Of a DNA stretch of 64,000 nucleotides, positions 48,151-57,913 are shown in pieces. Source of the DNA: Halorutilales archaeon Cl-col2-1 (lineage in GTDB: Archaea > Halobacteriota > Halobacteria > Halobacteriales > Afararchaeaceae); the NCBI GenBank assembly GCA_041891055.1, contig CP169074.1, forward strand, positions 512,001 to 576,000, read 5' to 3'. A model generated the notes under the pieces. It made no database searches and was not told the DNA's origin. It saw only the letters and a list, made by a program, of their open reading frames with translations. Made by a program: the position numbers and the translations under genes. Position 1 is the stretch's first letter; each line of letters begins with the position of its first letter.

Positions 48151-48561
48151 ATGTATCATAGCCACGAGACTCGGAAAAACGTATCGTTATTAGAGCAACT
48201 CCTACATGGACTCCGCGTTGGAGTAGGAGAATCGCGTAACGAGATCGCTGTATGCGATAGCTGTGGAGTTCGTCTACGCGAAGGATCCGAAGCTACGGCA
48301 TACGCCAACTCCAGAGCGGGGGAGAGTAGCTGGCATACGAAAGGTGTCTACTGCCGTAACTGCTCGAAGACTCAGATAGAGACATCCACTAAGAACAACG
48401 AAGAAGTCGTCGTTCATGGACATATAGCTCTTCTCCAGGATGCTAAGTATCAGACGTCATCCCTCGTCCTCGTAGAGATAGAAGTCCTCGATTACAGTAG
48501 CGAGAAAGAAGGCGTCGAGACACAGACTCTTGCAGTAACAAAGAGCGACGGAGGTTACTGA
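48151..48561 (+). CDS. hypothetical zinc-binding protein
   Basis: CDSC and YCRNC pairs; first gene of a rightward operon. Confidence 0.6.
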   Translation: MYHSHETRKNVSLLEQLLHGLRVGVGESRNEIAVCDSCGVRLREGSEATAYANSRAGESSWHTKGVYCRNCSKTQIETSTKNNEEVVVHGHIALLQDAKYQTSSLVLVEIEVLDYSSEKEGVETQTLAVTKSDGGY

Positions 48562-48562
48562 G

Positions 48563-48742
48563 ATGGACTCGGAAGAACGTCTACGTAAACTCCGCTGTGA
48601 TCACTGTGGTGAGTATCCGTCGCTACACCGTGCCGTCGACAACCAAGAAGTACTCGTCGTTAAATGTGGATGTGAGTCCCCGAGAAGGCTCAGGCTCGGT
48701 ATTCGCAGACTGAAGCCCAAGTCGTGGAGGGCTGAGAGATGA
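48563..48742 (+). CDS. small zinc-finger protein (59 aa; below ORF-track cutoff)
   Basis: GGAGG SD; MDSEERLRKLRCDHCGEYP...VKCGC...; ATGA overlap with the next gene. Confidence 0.6.
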   Translation: MDSEERLRKLRCDHCGEYPSLHRAVDNQEVLVVKCGCESPRRLRLGIRRLKPKSWRAER

Positions 48743-50292
48743 TAGACATCGAAGATCTCAGCCTCGATCCAGAGAAGTACCAGGTCATGCCCGATCTTGA
48801 CGAGGAGGACTACGAGAAGCTCAAACGTGACATCGGTGACAACGGCATCCAGACTGCGATAGACGTCGACGACGAAAACAATGTAATCGATGGACACCAG
48901 CGTATTCGTGCATGTCGTGAACTCGGCATAGACGAGATAGAGGCACGTATCCACGTCGGACTATCAGAAGAGGAGAAGAAAGAACTCGCCTGGAGACTCA
49001 ACCTACAGAGGCGTCATCTCGAGGACGGTCAGAAACGTGATCTAGCGAGGGAGTATCTACTCGATATCTGGGACGGTGAGGCTACAGAAGAAGAAATAGC
49101 CGATACCCTCGGTATCCATAGAAAGACTGTCAACCGCGCCAAACACGACCTTCAAGAAGATGGTAAGCTCGGTCAGGTGACCGAACTTAACACATCTGAA
49201 AAACGTGAGATAGTCAGAGAATACATCGAGGACAATCCCGACGCCTCGAACCGCGAAGTGGCACAAGAAGTCGACTGCGATGTTTCCCACGTGACTGTCG
49301 GCAAATGGCGTAAGTCTGAGGATCAAAACAAAGAGAGCGACTCGAACTCTGACTCCGATGAATCTGAAGACTCCACTGACAAAAGCAGTAACTCCGAATC
49401 CGACTCAAGTTCGGACAAAGAAAAGACAGACTCAGAGCTTTCTTTGACTCTTCGCAACGCTGACTCGAAAGAAGTCAAGAAACTCCGGAGTCTCAGAAAC
49501 AAAGCCGATAAAGGCAACCAAACTGCCCAAGAGCAGCTACAGAGGATAGAAGACGACAGAACCTCAGTCCATACTGCTCACAAGAAAGTGGAAAAAGAGG
49601 AGGCAGAGAAAGAAGTAGAACAACAACGCCGGACAGACGGTGGAGAGACAGCCCCCAGTATAACCGCCAAACCCGCTCTGGAGTTCATCGAAGAGTACGA
49701 GAATAGAGCTGTCGACCTTCTGATCACCGACCCACCATACTGTACTGACGTAGACGATATCGACGGGTTCGCTCAAGGCTGGCTACCCACGGCACTCGAG
49801 AAAGTCAAAGACGACGGCTACGCATACGTCTTCATAGGCGGATACACTCAGGAGATCTATGCCTATCTCTCAGTGCTTGAGGAGATAGACAGGTTCGAGA
49901 GCCAGATCCTGGTCTGGGAGTACAAGAACACACTCGGACAGACTCCCGCAAACCGCTACACGCGTAACTATCAGGCAGTCCTCTTCTTACGCGGTAACGA
50001 GACCAGAGAGCTCAACGCCCCCAAGACCTCCGAACAGTGGGCAGTCCAAAACATCAATGCTCCTGACCCGAGGCACGAAGAGAAACACCACAAATGGCAG
50101 AAGCCTGAAGAACTCCTCGAGCGCTTCATCAGGCATTCGAGCCAAGAAGACGATTTAGTGATCGATCCATTCGCTGGCTCCGGGACTGTCTTGCTCACAG
50201 CAGCGAGTTTAGGCAGAGAAGCATACGGCTGTGACATAGACAACGAAGCCATAGAGACTGCCAGAAAGAGGGGGTGTGTCCTCGATGAGTAA
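48739..50292 (+). CDS. ParB/Srx domain - HTH - DNA N6A/N4C methyltransferase fusion
   Basis: VIDGHQRIRAC ParB motif; HTH segments; TDPPY motif IV, QKPEEL, DPFAGSGT motif I (beta-class order). Confidence 0.88.
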   Translation: MIDIEDLSLDPEKYQVMPDLDEEDYEKLKRDIGDNGIQTAIDVDDENNVIDGHQRIRACRELGIDEIEARIHVGLSEEEKKELAWRLNLQRRHLEDGQKRDLAREYLLDIWDGEATEEEIADTLGIHRKTVNRAKHDLQEDGKLGQVTELNTSEKREIVREYIEDNPDASNREVAQEVDCDVSHVTVGKWRKSEDQNKESDSNSDSDESEDSTDKSSNSESDSSSDKEKTDSELSLTLRNADSKEVKKLRSLRNKADKGNQTAQEQLQRIEDDRTSVHTAHKKVEKEEAEKEVEQQRRTDGGETAPSITAKPALEFIEEYENRAVDLLITDPPYCTDVDDIDGFAQGWLPTALEKVKDDGYAYVFIGGYTQEIYAYLSVLEEIDRFESQILVWEYKNTLGQTPANRYTRNYQAVLFLRGNETRELNAPKTSEQWAVQNINAPDPRHEEKHHKWQKPEELLERFIRHSSQEDDLVIDPFAGSGTVLLTAASLGREAYGCDIDNEAIETARKRGCVLDE

Positions 50293-50893
50293 GAGTAGAG
50301 GATGGAGGGGCGACCTCAGACAGAGTGCCGACGCTTTCGAGAGAGTCGTCTATCCCGAGATAGCCGACGAGATCGGCGTAGGCGGAGGAGAGCTACTCTC
50401 GGTAGAGAGAGCCGATCCTGACGACCCGGAGAGTCAGAGGATAATAGAGATGCTCGATAGCTATGCTGGGATCGATTACCTACATAAAGACACCGACGGG
50501 ATAGTACGTGGGATAGCGAGTCGCGTGCAGAGATCGACCGACTACGGTAGCTTTACAGTTCGTCTAAAACGTGAAAGTCACAAACCCACCGAGTTCGGCA
50601 AGCGTCTCAAGTCGATTGAGTTCGGCGGGTTACACCCACAGATCACCTCTCAGGCGTATGTGCGTGATGGAGAATTAATCAACGTCGGACTCTGCCGTAC
50701 ACAAGGTCTCATCAACTACATCGTAAACGGAGAGATCAACACTCACTATCTCTTGAATCAAGTAGACGAGAACGGAGAGGCCCATTTTGTCGTCGTCTTT
50801 TGGGAGGACTACGCTCGGTACACGGACAGCTACCTCCACGTACACGACGAAAAAGAGTACCACAGATCCGCCGAGGAGATAGCTCCAGCGTGA
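50285..50893 (+). CDS. hypothetical protein, possible PD-(D/E)XK-like nuclease
   Basis: AGIDY..GIASRVQ..SFTVR..TEF.KR pattern; overlaps the methyltransferase stop. Confidence 0.55.
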   Translation: MSKSRGWRGDLRQSADAFERVVYPEIADEIGVGGGELLSVERADPDDPESQRIIEMLDSYAGIDYLHKDTDGIVRGIASRVQRSTDYGSFTVRLKRESHKPTEFGKRLKSIEFGGLHPQITSQAYVRDGELINVGLCRTQGLINYIVNGEINTHYLLNQVDENGEAHFVVVFWEDYARYTDSYLHVHDEKEYHRSAEEIAPA

Positions 50894-50935
50894 TCTGACT
50901 AGACCACCTCTATCCCATCATTTTTCAGAATATCT

Positions 50936-51964
50936 ATGACAAAGACAACAGCAGGTTCTGAGGTATTAACTCCGAGTATAGATCTGAGTCTCTCCGAGCT
51001 AACACGCAGGGAGTTTCATGAGAGTTTTTGGAGGGACAACTTCGATCTACTCGGTCGAGCAGTCAAGAGGATCGTCGAAGACCTCGAACTCACGACCTGG
51101 AGCCGACTGCCGTCATATCTCTGGCGTAACGGCGTAACCGAGATGAACCACGAGTACGCCCTCGATATGGTCTCTTATGAGTTCGAGAAAGAGACCTCGG
51201 TAGAGAGACTCAAAAACCTCACTCTCGCACTCGGATCAGGTAAGAGGATCAGCCCCGTCGACGAAGAGCTATATGGCACATACAACACAACAAAAGACGA
51301 CGTCTTCGCTCCCTTCAAGATCCTCGATATAGCCGGCATACAGCCCGAAATCGAGATAGATATACCCTCCAGAGCGGTGGGTGGGATCGATAGAGAGTTC
51401 TTCGACGAATTGGGCGAATACGTCGACTTAGGGATAGAGGTCAGCCTTGGAGACACAGACGAGCCTACCCAACTACCAGAGTATGTCCATATAGATTTAG
51501 ATACAGGTCACTCGAAGAGAGACAAACATGGCTACTGGCATAAAAGACAAGATCTCCACAAAGCCGTAGAGACTCCGGACAGGGCTCTGAGAGTACTCGA
51601 GGACATAGCCGATGATCTACAGACCAAGAGCAACGACTACGAGTACAACTATGAGCAACTACAGAAACTAACCGACCTCGACAGGAGTACTCTGATAACG
51701 TATACAAAGCTTCTAGAGGCGAACCGACTCGTAGAGAAGGATAAGGACGAAAGACGTGTAAAGATCTCTCTGACCGACGTAGGTGTAGCTTTCACGAGTC
51801 TAGTGATGGACATCGGTGTAGAGAAGACAGCCAGATTCAGATCCTCTCTTTCAGGTTTCTTCGTAGAAGGTCTTGACTCAGAGAAAGAAGTTAGTAAGAC
51901 CGATACCAGCAGAAGAAGACAGAGTAAGCCACCTCCAAAGACAAAGAAGAGCAAGGTGACTTAG
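50936..51964 (+). CDS. hypothetical protein with C-terminal winged HTH (possibly truncated replication protein)
   Basis: YEQLQKLTDLDRSTLITYTKLLEANRLVE..ISLTDVG; basic low-complexity tail. Confidence 0.55.
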   Translation: MTKTTAGSEVLTPSIDLSLSELTRREFHESFWRDNFDLLGRAVKRIVEDLELTTWSRLPSYLWRNGVTEMNHEYALDMVSYEFEKETSVERLKNLTLALGSGKRISPVDEELYGTYNTTKDDVFAPFKILDIAGIQPEIEIDIPSRAVGGIDREFFDELGEYVDLGIEVSLGDTDEPTQLPEYVHIDLDTGHSKRDKHGYWHKRQDLHKAVETPDRALRVLEDIADDLQTKSNDYEYNYEQLQKLTDLDRSTLITYTKLLEANRLVEKDKDERRVKISLTDVGVAFTSLVMDIGVEKTARFRSSLSGFFVEGLDSEKEVSKTDTSRRRQSKPPPKTKKSKVT

Positions 51965-52304
51965 CCTTACACCGACGCCTTACAGCAGTTTGTTAGCTTT
52001 CGTCTCGTTAGAGGCATCTCCGAGAAACTCTCCGCTCACTCTCCCACGGAGTCTCCGTCTTCTTGCGATTCTGGTGAAAGTAACCTAGACCGACCTTTTC
52101 TGAGAACAACGTCGAGAACCATACCAAAAATCCATCCTCAGCTCATTCTACGGATCCTCTGAGAAGGTCTTCTATAGGGTCTCTACCTAACTCCATTTGT
52201 CTGTTCTCAAGAAAAATCAAAGACATCGTATACATAGTGCTATATGTAGTGCTATTCTCCTCTCCACGAGACCTACAGATAGAATTCTATCTCTTCTCTA
52301 GAGA

Positions 52305-52402
52305 TCATTACTCCCGTAGGCAGTCTATATCCTCCAAGGTTTGTTCTGTCCCATTAGCTAACCAACATTCCTAGATAATTTTCGAAAAAATGTTGGTTAG
52401 CT
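52305..52402 (+). repeat. ~98 bp dispersed direct repeat containing inverted-repeat site 5 (AGCTAACCAAC-N25-GTTGGTTAGCT)
   Basis: Homologous to 25346-25443. Confidence 0.85.
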
Positions 52403-52480
52403 ACGTTCTAATCGGCTAGGATCGATTCTATCCACGATGCCGTCGGAATCAGCGTAAAGAATCCTCAGGATAGTGCAGCA

Positions 52481-53770
52481 TCACCAGGTAAGACCCTCGT
52501 ACTCGATACCTTCTCTGGGTTCGATGACTCGACGTCCGTCGATTACCACTTTCTGGTTCATCGTATCGAACTCGTCGTCGAGTGCCGCGAACTCGTCCCA
52601 GTCGGTGACGACTACTGCGGCATCGGCGTCTTCGAGTGCGTCTTCATCAGAGTCAGCATAATCGATGTCGCCGAAACGTTCTCTCATGTTGTCGACTGCG
52701 ACGGGATCGTATGCGACTACCTCTGCGTCTCTGTCTTTGAGACCCTCTATCACGGGTATCGCACGTGAGTTTCTTATGTCGTCTGTGCCCGGCTTGAACG
52801 AGAGTCCCAGGACGGCGACTCTCTTATCCTCAGGATCTATATGTCTATCGAGTAGCTGGAGGAGACGTTTTGGCTGTTTGTCGTTGACTTCGACGGCGGA
52901 ATGTAGCAACGAAGGATCGTATCCTTTCTCCTCAGCGGCGGCGATGAGTGCCTTGACGTCCTTCGGGAAACAGCTACCTCCCCAGCCTACTCCGCTTCTC
53001 AGAAACTCCGAGCTTATGCGATGATCGAGTCCTATAGCGTCGGCGACCTCGTAGGCGTCGACTCCGTACTCCTTACAGATGTTGCCGAGTTCGTTTATGA
53101 GACTGACCTTCGAGGCGAGGAAGGCGTTGTTGGCGTACTTGATCATCTCCGCCTCTCTAACTCCCGTCTCGACTACTGGTACGTCGTCGTTGCGTTCTAC
53201 GAGAGGATCAAAGACCCGTCTTAGCTCCTCGTTGTCTTGGTTCTGCCCAAGGACTATCTTGTCGGGATGTAGAAAGTCGTCTACCGCGGTGCCTTCACGC
53301 AGGAACTCGGGGTTCATCGCCACGCTAAAGTCTTCTCCTTCTTCTTTGTCCGAATTTTCTTCTATGATCGGCGTGAGAACCTCCTCGGTCGTACCAGGCA
53401 CTACAGTACTCTTGACTACGACTGTGTGGCTGTCATCCTTATGTCCCAATGCCTCGCCGAGTGACTCCGCTCCCTTCTTCATGTAAGTTAGATCGATACT
53501 GCCATCGTCGTTCGACGGCGTGGGGAGAGCGAGAAACGTCACCTCTGTGTCGTTGACGGCACTGTAATCCGTCGTCGCTGTGAGACGGTCGCCGCCGTGT
53601 TCGGCTATAAGGTCGTCTAACTGAGGCTCGTGTATAGGTGCTTCTCCCGAGTTTATGCTCTCTACTACGTCTTCGTCTATGTCTATGTTCGTGATATCAT
53701 GTCCGAGGTCGGCGAAACACGCTGCCACCGTCGTACCCACGTAGCCACTCCCTACGATGCTTATCTTCAT
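52481..53770 (-). CDS. aglM: UDP-glucose 6-dehydrogenase
   Basis: [42 protein letters not shown]. Confidence 0.93.
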   Translation of the reverse strand: MKISIVGSGYVGTTVAACFADLGHDITNIDIDEDVVESINSGEAPIHEPQLDDLIAEHGGDRLTATTDYSAVNDTEVTFLALPTPSNDDGSIDLTYMKKGAESLGEALGHKDDSHTVVVKSTVVPGTTEEVLTPIIEENSDKEEGEDFSVAMNPEFLREGTAVDDFLHPDKIVLGQNQDNEELRRVFDPLVERNDDVPVVETGVREAEMIKYANNAFLASKVSLINELGNICKEYGVDAYEVADAIGLDHRISSEFLRSGVGWGGSCFPKDVKALIAAAEEKGYDPSLLHSAVEVNDKQPKRLLQLLDRHIDPEDKRVAVLGLSFKPGTDDIRNSRAIPVIEGLKDRDAEVVAYDPVAVDNMRERFGDIDYADSDEDALEDADAAVVVTDWDEFAALDDEFDTMNQKVVIDGRRVIEPREGIEYEGLTW

Positions 53771-53914
53771 TATATATGGGTCTTTACGCAGATTGCTTAA
53801 TACTTCTCTTTAGTTGGCTTCACAGGAAGGTTAGCAAAACAAATATCAATGTGATTTCACTAACTGTGTATAAAGAATAAGCTTTAACATAGAAGCCGAA
53901 GCACTAACGGAGTG

Positions 53915-54781
53915 ATGGAAGTCTCGAAAGCAGTGATACCGGCTGCTGGGTTTGGTACTCGTTTCTTACCTGTGACAAAAGCCCAGCCCAAAGAGATGAT
54001 GCCTGTTTTAGACAAACCAACTATACAGTACGTTGTTGAGGAAGCTGTAGACTCAGGTATAGATGATATTCTCATCATTACAGGAAGGGGGAAGCAGGCT
54101 ATTGAACGACATTTCGATAAGTCATACGAACTTGAAGAAGAACTCAAGTCTGCGGGAAAAGAAGACAGGCTTGACAGAGTCCAGGAGATTTCCGATTTAG
54201 CAGATATCCATTATGTCCGACAAAAAGAGCGTGAGGGTCTGGGCGATGCTGTCCTATATGCTCAAAAGCATGTTGGCAACAAGCCATTTGCACTTCTTCT
54301 TGGAGATACGATAATTAAAAATGAAACACCATGTACTGAAAACCTTATCACACAAGCTGAGAAACATGAGTCATCCGTAATTTCCTTAGAAAGAGTACCA
54401 TGGGATCAGGTTACCTCATATGGAGTAGCAGATATTGAAGATACAGAACCGGCAGCAGAAAGCTTTCCAGTAAACGACTTCGTTGAGAAACCTCCTGAAG
54501 ATCAAGCACCATCAAACTTAGCCATTACCGGAAGATATATTCTCAAGCCTAAGGTCTTCGATATACTTGAGAAAACAGAAAAAGGAGTTGGTGGCGAACT
54601 TCAGCTAACAGACGCAATAAGAAAGCTGGACGATGTGCGTGGAGTAGAATTAGAAGGTGATCGGTATGATATCGGAAATATTCCAAGCTGGCTACGGGCT
54701 AATATCGAGATGTCACTTCAGCACGACGATGGTGATATGAACAACGCAGTAGAGGAATTATTAGAAGAGGAATTGGCATGA
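53915..54781 (+). CDS. galU: UTP-glucose-1-phosphate uridylyltransferase (AglF/GalU)
   Basis: KAVIPAAGFGTRFLPVTKAQPKEM, GLGDAV, VEKP, GELQLTDAI. Confidence 0.92.
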   Translation: MEVSKAVIPAAGFGTRFLPVTKAQPKEMMPVLDKPTIQYVVEEAVDSGIDDILIITGRGKQAIERHFDKSYELEEELKSAGKEDRLDRVQEISDLADIHYVRQKEREGLGDAVLYAQKHVGNKPFALLLGDTIIKNETPCTENLITQAEKHESSVISLERVPWDQVTSYGVADIEDTEPAAESFPVNDFVEKPPEDQAPSNLAITGRYILKPKVFDILEKTEKGVGGELQLTDAIRKLDDVRGVELEGDRYDIGNIPSWLRANIEMSLQHDDGDMNNAVEELLEEELA

Positions 54782-55710
54782 GTCGTATATTAGTAACTGG
54801 TGCGGCGGGATTTCTAGGATCACATCTCTGTGATCAGTTGCTTGAAGAAGGTCACAAGGTTATCGGGATGGATAATAGAGTAAGCGGGAAAACAGAAAAC
54901 CTAGATAAAGCGTTTGAAAATGATCGTTTCTCATTTTATGAACACGATGTTACAGAGTTTATTCATGTTTCTGGAGAGTTAGACGCAGTTATGCATCTGG
55001 CAAGTCTGGCATCGCCAAAATTCTACCGAGAACACCCAATTAAGACGCTGAAAGTAGGTGCTCTTGGAACACATAAGACATTGGGACTCGCAAAACAAAA
55101 GGACGCTACATACTTTTTCACATCGACAAGCGAAGTATACGGTAATCCTGAAGTGAACCCACAGCCAGAGGATTACCGCGGAAACGTAGATCCTTACGGT
55201 CCAAGATCGTGTTATGATGAGTCAAAACGATACGGTGAATCATTAGTTCGCGCATATCGAGACGAACATGATTTGGATGTACGTGTTGCTCGTATCTTCA
55301 ACACGTACGGTTCTCGGATGCGTATTGACGATGGTCGTGTAATCCCGAACTTTATGAAACAGGCATTAACAGACAAAGATCTAACTGTGTACGGTGATGG
55401 AAAGCAGACACGAAGTTTCTGTTATGTCTCGGATATGATAGATGGATTGATTGCACTTTGGGAATCGGATGTTCAGACACCCGTGAATATCGGCAATCCC
55501 GATGAAAGAACAATAAACGAACTTGCCGAGGTAGTATTAGAGGTGACAGAAAGTGAAAGTGGAATTACGTATGAGGATTTACCCCCTCAAGATCCTGAGG
55601 TACGTCGGCCGGACATATCAAAAGCTCGAGATAAACTAGATTGGGAGCCAAAGATTTCGTTACGTGAAGGACTAGATAAATCTATTCAGTATTTTAATGA
55701 ACGTATATGA
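54778..55710 (+). CDS. UDP-glucuronate decarboxylase (UDP-xylose synthase) family
   Basis: GAAGFLGSHL, HLASLASP, STSEVYG, GPRSCYDESKR, DDGRVIPNF. Confidence 0.9.
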   Translation: MSRILVTGAAGFLGSHLCDQLLEEGHKVIGMDNRVSGKTENLDKAFENDRFSFYEHDVTEFIHVSGELDAVMHLASLASPKFYREHPIKTLKVGALGTHKTLGLAKQKDATYFFTSTSEVYGNPEVNPQPEDYRGNVDPYGPRSCYDESKRYGESLVRAYRDEHDLDVRVARIFNTYGSRMRIDDGRVIPNFMKQALTDKDLTVYGDGKQTRSFCYVSDMIDGLIALWESDVQTPVNIGNPDERTINELAEVVLEVTESESGITYEDLPPQDPEVRRPDISKARDKLDWEPKISLREGLDKSIQYFNERI

Positions 55711-55794
55711 GACTCAAATAGAGTGGCATATTGTCTGAGACATTTTTCAAATCCCATCATAGTTTATTTGCATGATGATTCCTAAATTGAATGT

Positions 55795-56712
55795 ATGAAT
55801 AAAATACTAGTTACGGGGTCAAGCGGATTCATAGGGACACATCTCTGTCATGCGTTAGTTGAAGAAGGATATAATGTAGAGGGTGTGGATATTTCGCAAC
55901 CTAAATTTGAATTGCCTGAGTCCATAGAGACACATATAACTGACTTAACAGAGCCTACAGAGCTCCCTGAATCCGATATAATAGTCCATCTCGCTGCACA
56001 TTCACAAGTCCAGCCAGTTGTCGAAAGTCCAGAATTAGCTCTTGAAAACATTCAAATGACTCAGAATATACTAAGTGAAGCAGATCGGATGGATGCCTCT
56101 GTTATTAATATATCAAGTCGGGATATATATGGAAATTCTCTACAGCCTTCTGAGGATGAATCCACTATAGACAGCCCAAATGGATACGCCGCAAGTAAGA
56201 TAAGCTCTGAAGCTCTATCAAATGCTTTCCGACATACTATGGATGTTTCTGTTACTTCACTTCGTTTAGCTAATGTCTATGGTTCAATGGACACAAATCA
56301 ACGAGTTATCCCCATATTTATTGCTCTTGCAGACGCTGGCGAAGAACTAACCGTATTCGGTAAACAGAAATTATTGGATTTCATCCATGTCGACGACGTC
56401 TGTCGTGCAATACAATCTACGATTAATCGGTCTGAAATAACCGACGGTGAAGCAATAAATATCGGGTCGGGAGTGGGGACATCTCTACCAGAAATAGCAT
56501 CTTATATTTCAGAATCAATTGAATCTTGTCCCGGATGGAGTGTCTCTGACAATAGAACAGGAGATGTTGGACAGTACGTATCAGACATTTCCAAATCGAG
56601 ATCGATACTCAATTTCGAACCTGAAATTTCTCTAAATAAAGGAATGGACAAAACAATAGATTGGTACTTAAATAGCCCTGAGATGTTAGAGACTATTAGA
56701 TCAAAGTTATAG
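55795..56712 (+). CDS. NAD-dependent epimerase/dehydratase
   Basis: TGSSGFIG, SSRDIYG, YAASK, RVIPIF. Confidence 0.88.
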   Translation: MNKILVTGSSGFIGTHLCHALVEEGYNVEGVDISQPKFELPESIETHITDLTEPTELPESDIIVHLAAHSQVQPVVESPELALENIQMTQNILSEADRMDASVINISSRDIYGNSLQPSEDESTIDSPNGYAASKISSEALSNAFRHTMDVSVTSLRLANVYGSMDTNQRVIPIFIALADAGEELTVFGKQKLLDFIHVDDVCRAIQSTINRSEITDGEAINIGSGVGTSLPEIASYISESIESCPGWSVSDNRTGDVGQYVSDISKSRSILNFEPEISLNKGMDKTIDWYLNSPEMLETIRSKL

Positions 56713-57032
56713 CATGCTCTTATGAAAGGGATTGTTGGTAGCTAAGAAGTATTAGTCTGAGAAGGAATATCTGCTATTTTATGCGGTAAGAAAAGCTAAT
56801 CCAATTTAAGGAACTCTGTGTGAAATAACCAAGCAACTTCTACCAATAATCTACTTCACATGAGCGAACTAAAAAAGTCTGACCGAATCCAACAGTAGGC
56901 CTATTCTAACGCGCTGTTTGGAGAAGTTGGTTTAGGAGTCGACAATCCCAAGGTCGCCATATGATACATAAACTCAAGACGATGTCGAAACTTCCAAAAG
57001 CTAATAGAGATCATCTGTCTTCGACTTCTTCC

Positions 57033-57863
57033 TCAGAATCCCCCCACCGACTCGTGCTTCCATACAAGATCAAAGTACTTCTCGGTTCCCGCCACGAGAC
57101 TCGGGTTGTCGGTGATAGCCGAGTCACGCAGCGAGAGAGGTTCGTCGCCTTCTACGACGAAGATTGCCTTCCCAGTCGTGTAGTCCATAGTCGGGTCGAC
57201 TATCGATCCTCTCAGGGGTAGCTTCGAGTTCGAGTACCGCAGAGACGCCTCGGGTATCTCTTCCTCGATCCTCTGAGTGATCTCTTCCTGTACACGTCGG
57301 TTCGACTCCTCCAGACGTGACGGATGCAGAAAGAGAATACGCAGATCCACGCCGCGGTCGACTGCGTCCCTGAGAGACTCCGAGACCGAGTCGTAGTACT
57401 CCATTGACTTCGTGGCGATGTCTATGCTGTCCTCGGCGTCATCGTAGAGATCGCGTGTCTCACGTTCACTCGGCTCCCCGACGGGCACGAGTCTTAGAAG
57501 ACTCCTCTTCTCGGCTTCCGTCTCGTCGTCGGGTAGGACGTCGACTAGGTCGTCCGACTTCGACTCTATCCTCTCGACCTCGCACTCGTACTTGGCGCGC
57601 CGGTTCGACTTCATAGTCTCGACTATCTCGTCGGGGTTCCTGGGTGAGTAGATCTTGGGTCTACCGGGTTCGACGTCGACAAAGCCTCTCTCGACTAAGT
57701 CGTCGAGAACGCCGTATATACGTGCCTTCGGGACTCCGCTCGCACGCGAGAGGTCGGGAGCCTTCGACTCTCCCATCTCAAGCAGATGAGCGAGTGACTT
57801 GGCGTGGTACTCCTTGAATCCGAGGTCTTCGAGGAGATCCGCGGCTCGGTTTATGTCTGACAT
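57033..57863 (-). CDS. TrmB-family transcriptional regulator
   Basis: LGFKEY..LSRASGVPKARIYGVLDDLVERG..GRPKIY, followed by the C-terminal effector domain. Confidence 0.9.
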   Translation of the reverse strand: MSDINRAADLLEDLGFKEYHAKSLAHLLEMGESKAPDLSRASGVPKARIYGVLDDLVERGFVDVEPGRPKIYSPRNPDEIVETMKSNRRAKYECEVERIESKSDDLVDVLPDDETEAEKRSLLRLVPVGEPSERETRDLYDDAEDSIDIATKSMEYYDSVSESLRDAVDRGVDLRILFLHPSRLEESNRRVQEEITQRIEEEIPEASLRYSNSKLPLRGSIVDPTMDYTTGKAIFVVEGDEPLSLRDSAITDNPSLVAGTEKYFDLVWKHESVGGF

Positions 57864-57913
57864 AGGTGACCTATGCAAAGCTTTAAGATAATAGTTACTC
57901 ATTATCTGAGTAA

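Larger units (their letters stand above)
46302..52402. mobile_element. putative integrated plasmid/virus-like remnant within the glycosylation locus
   Basis: Non-glycosylation cargo (HTHs, zinc fingers, ParB-methyltransferase) between the epimerase and aglM, bounded by inverted-repeat sites 4 and 5; no integrase seen. Confidence 0.55.

Noticed and set aside
50936-51964. Firm call as plasmid replication protein RepH
   Set aside because: The resemblance is weak and from memory, and the ORF is much shorter than expected; left as hypothetical pending an HMM search.
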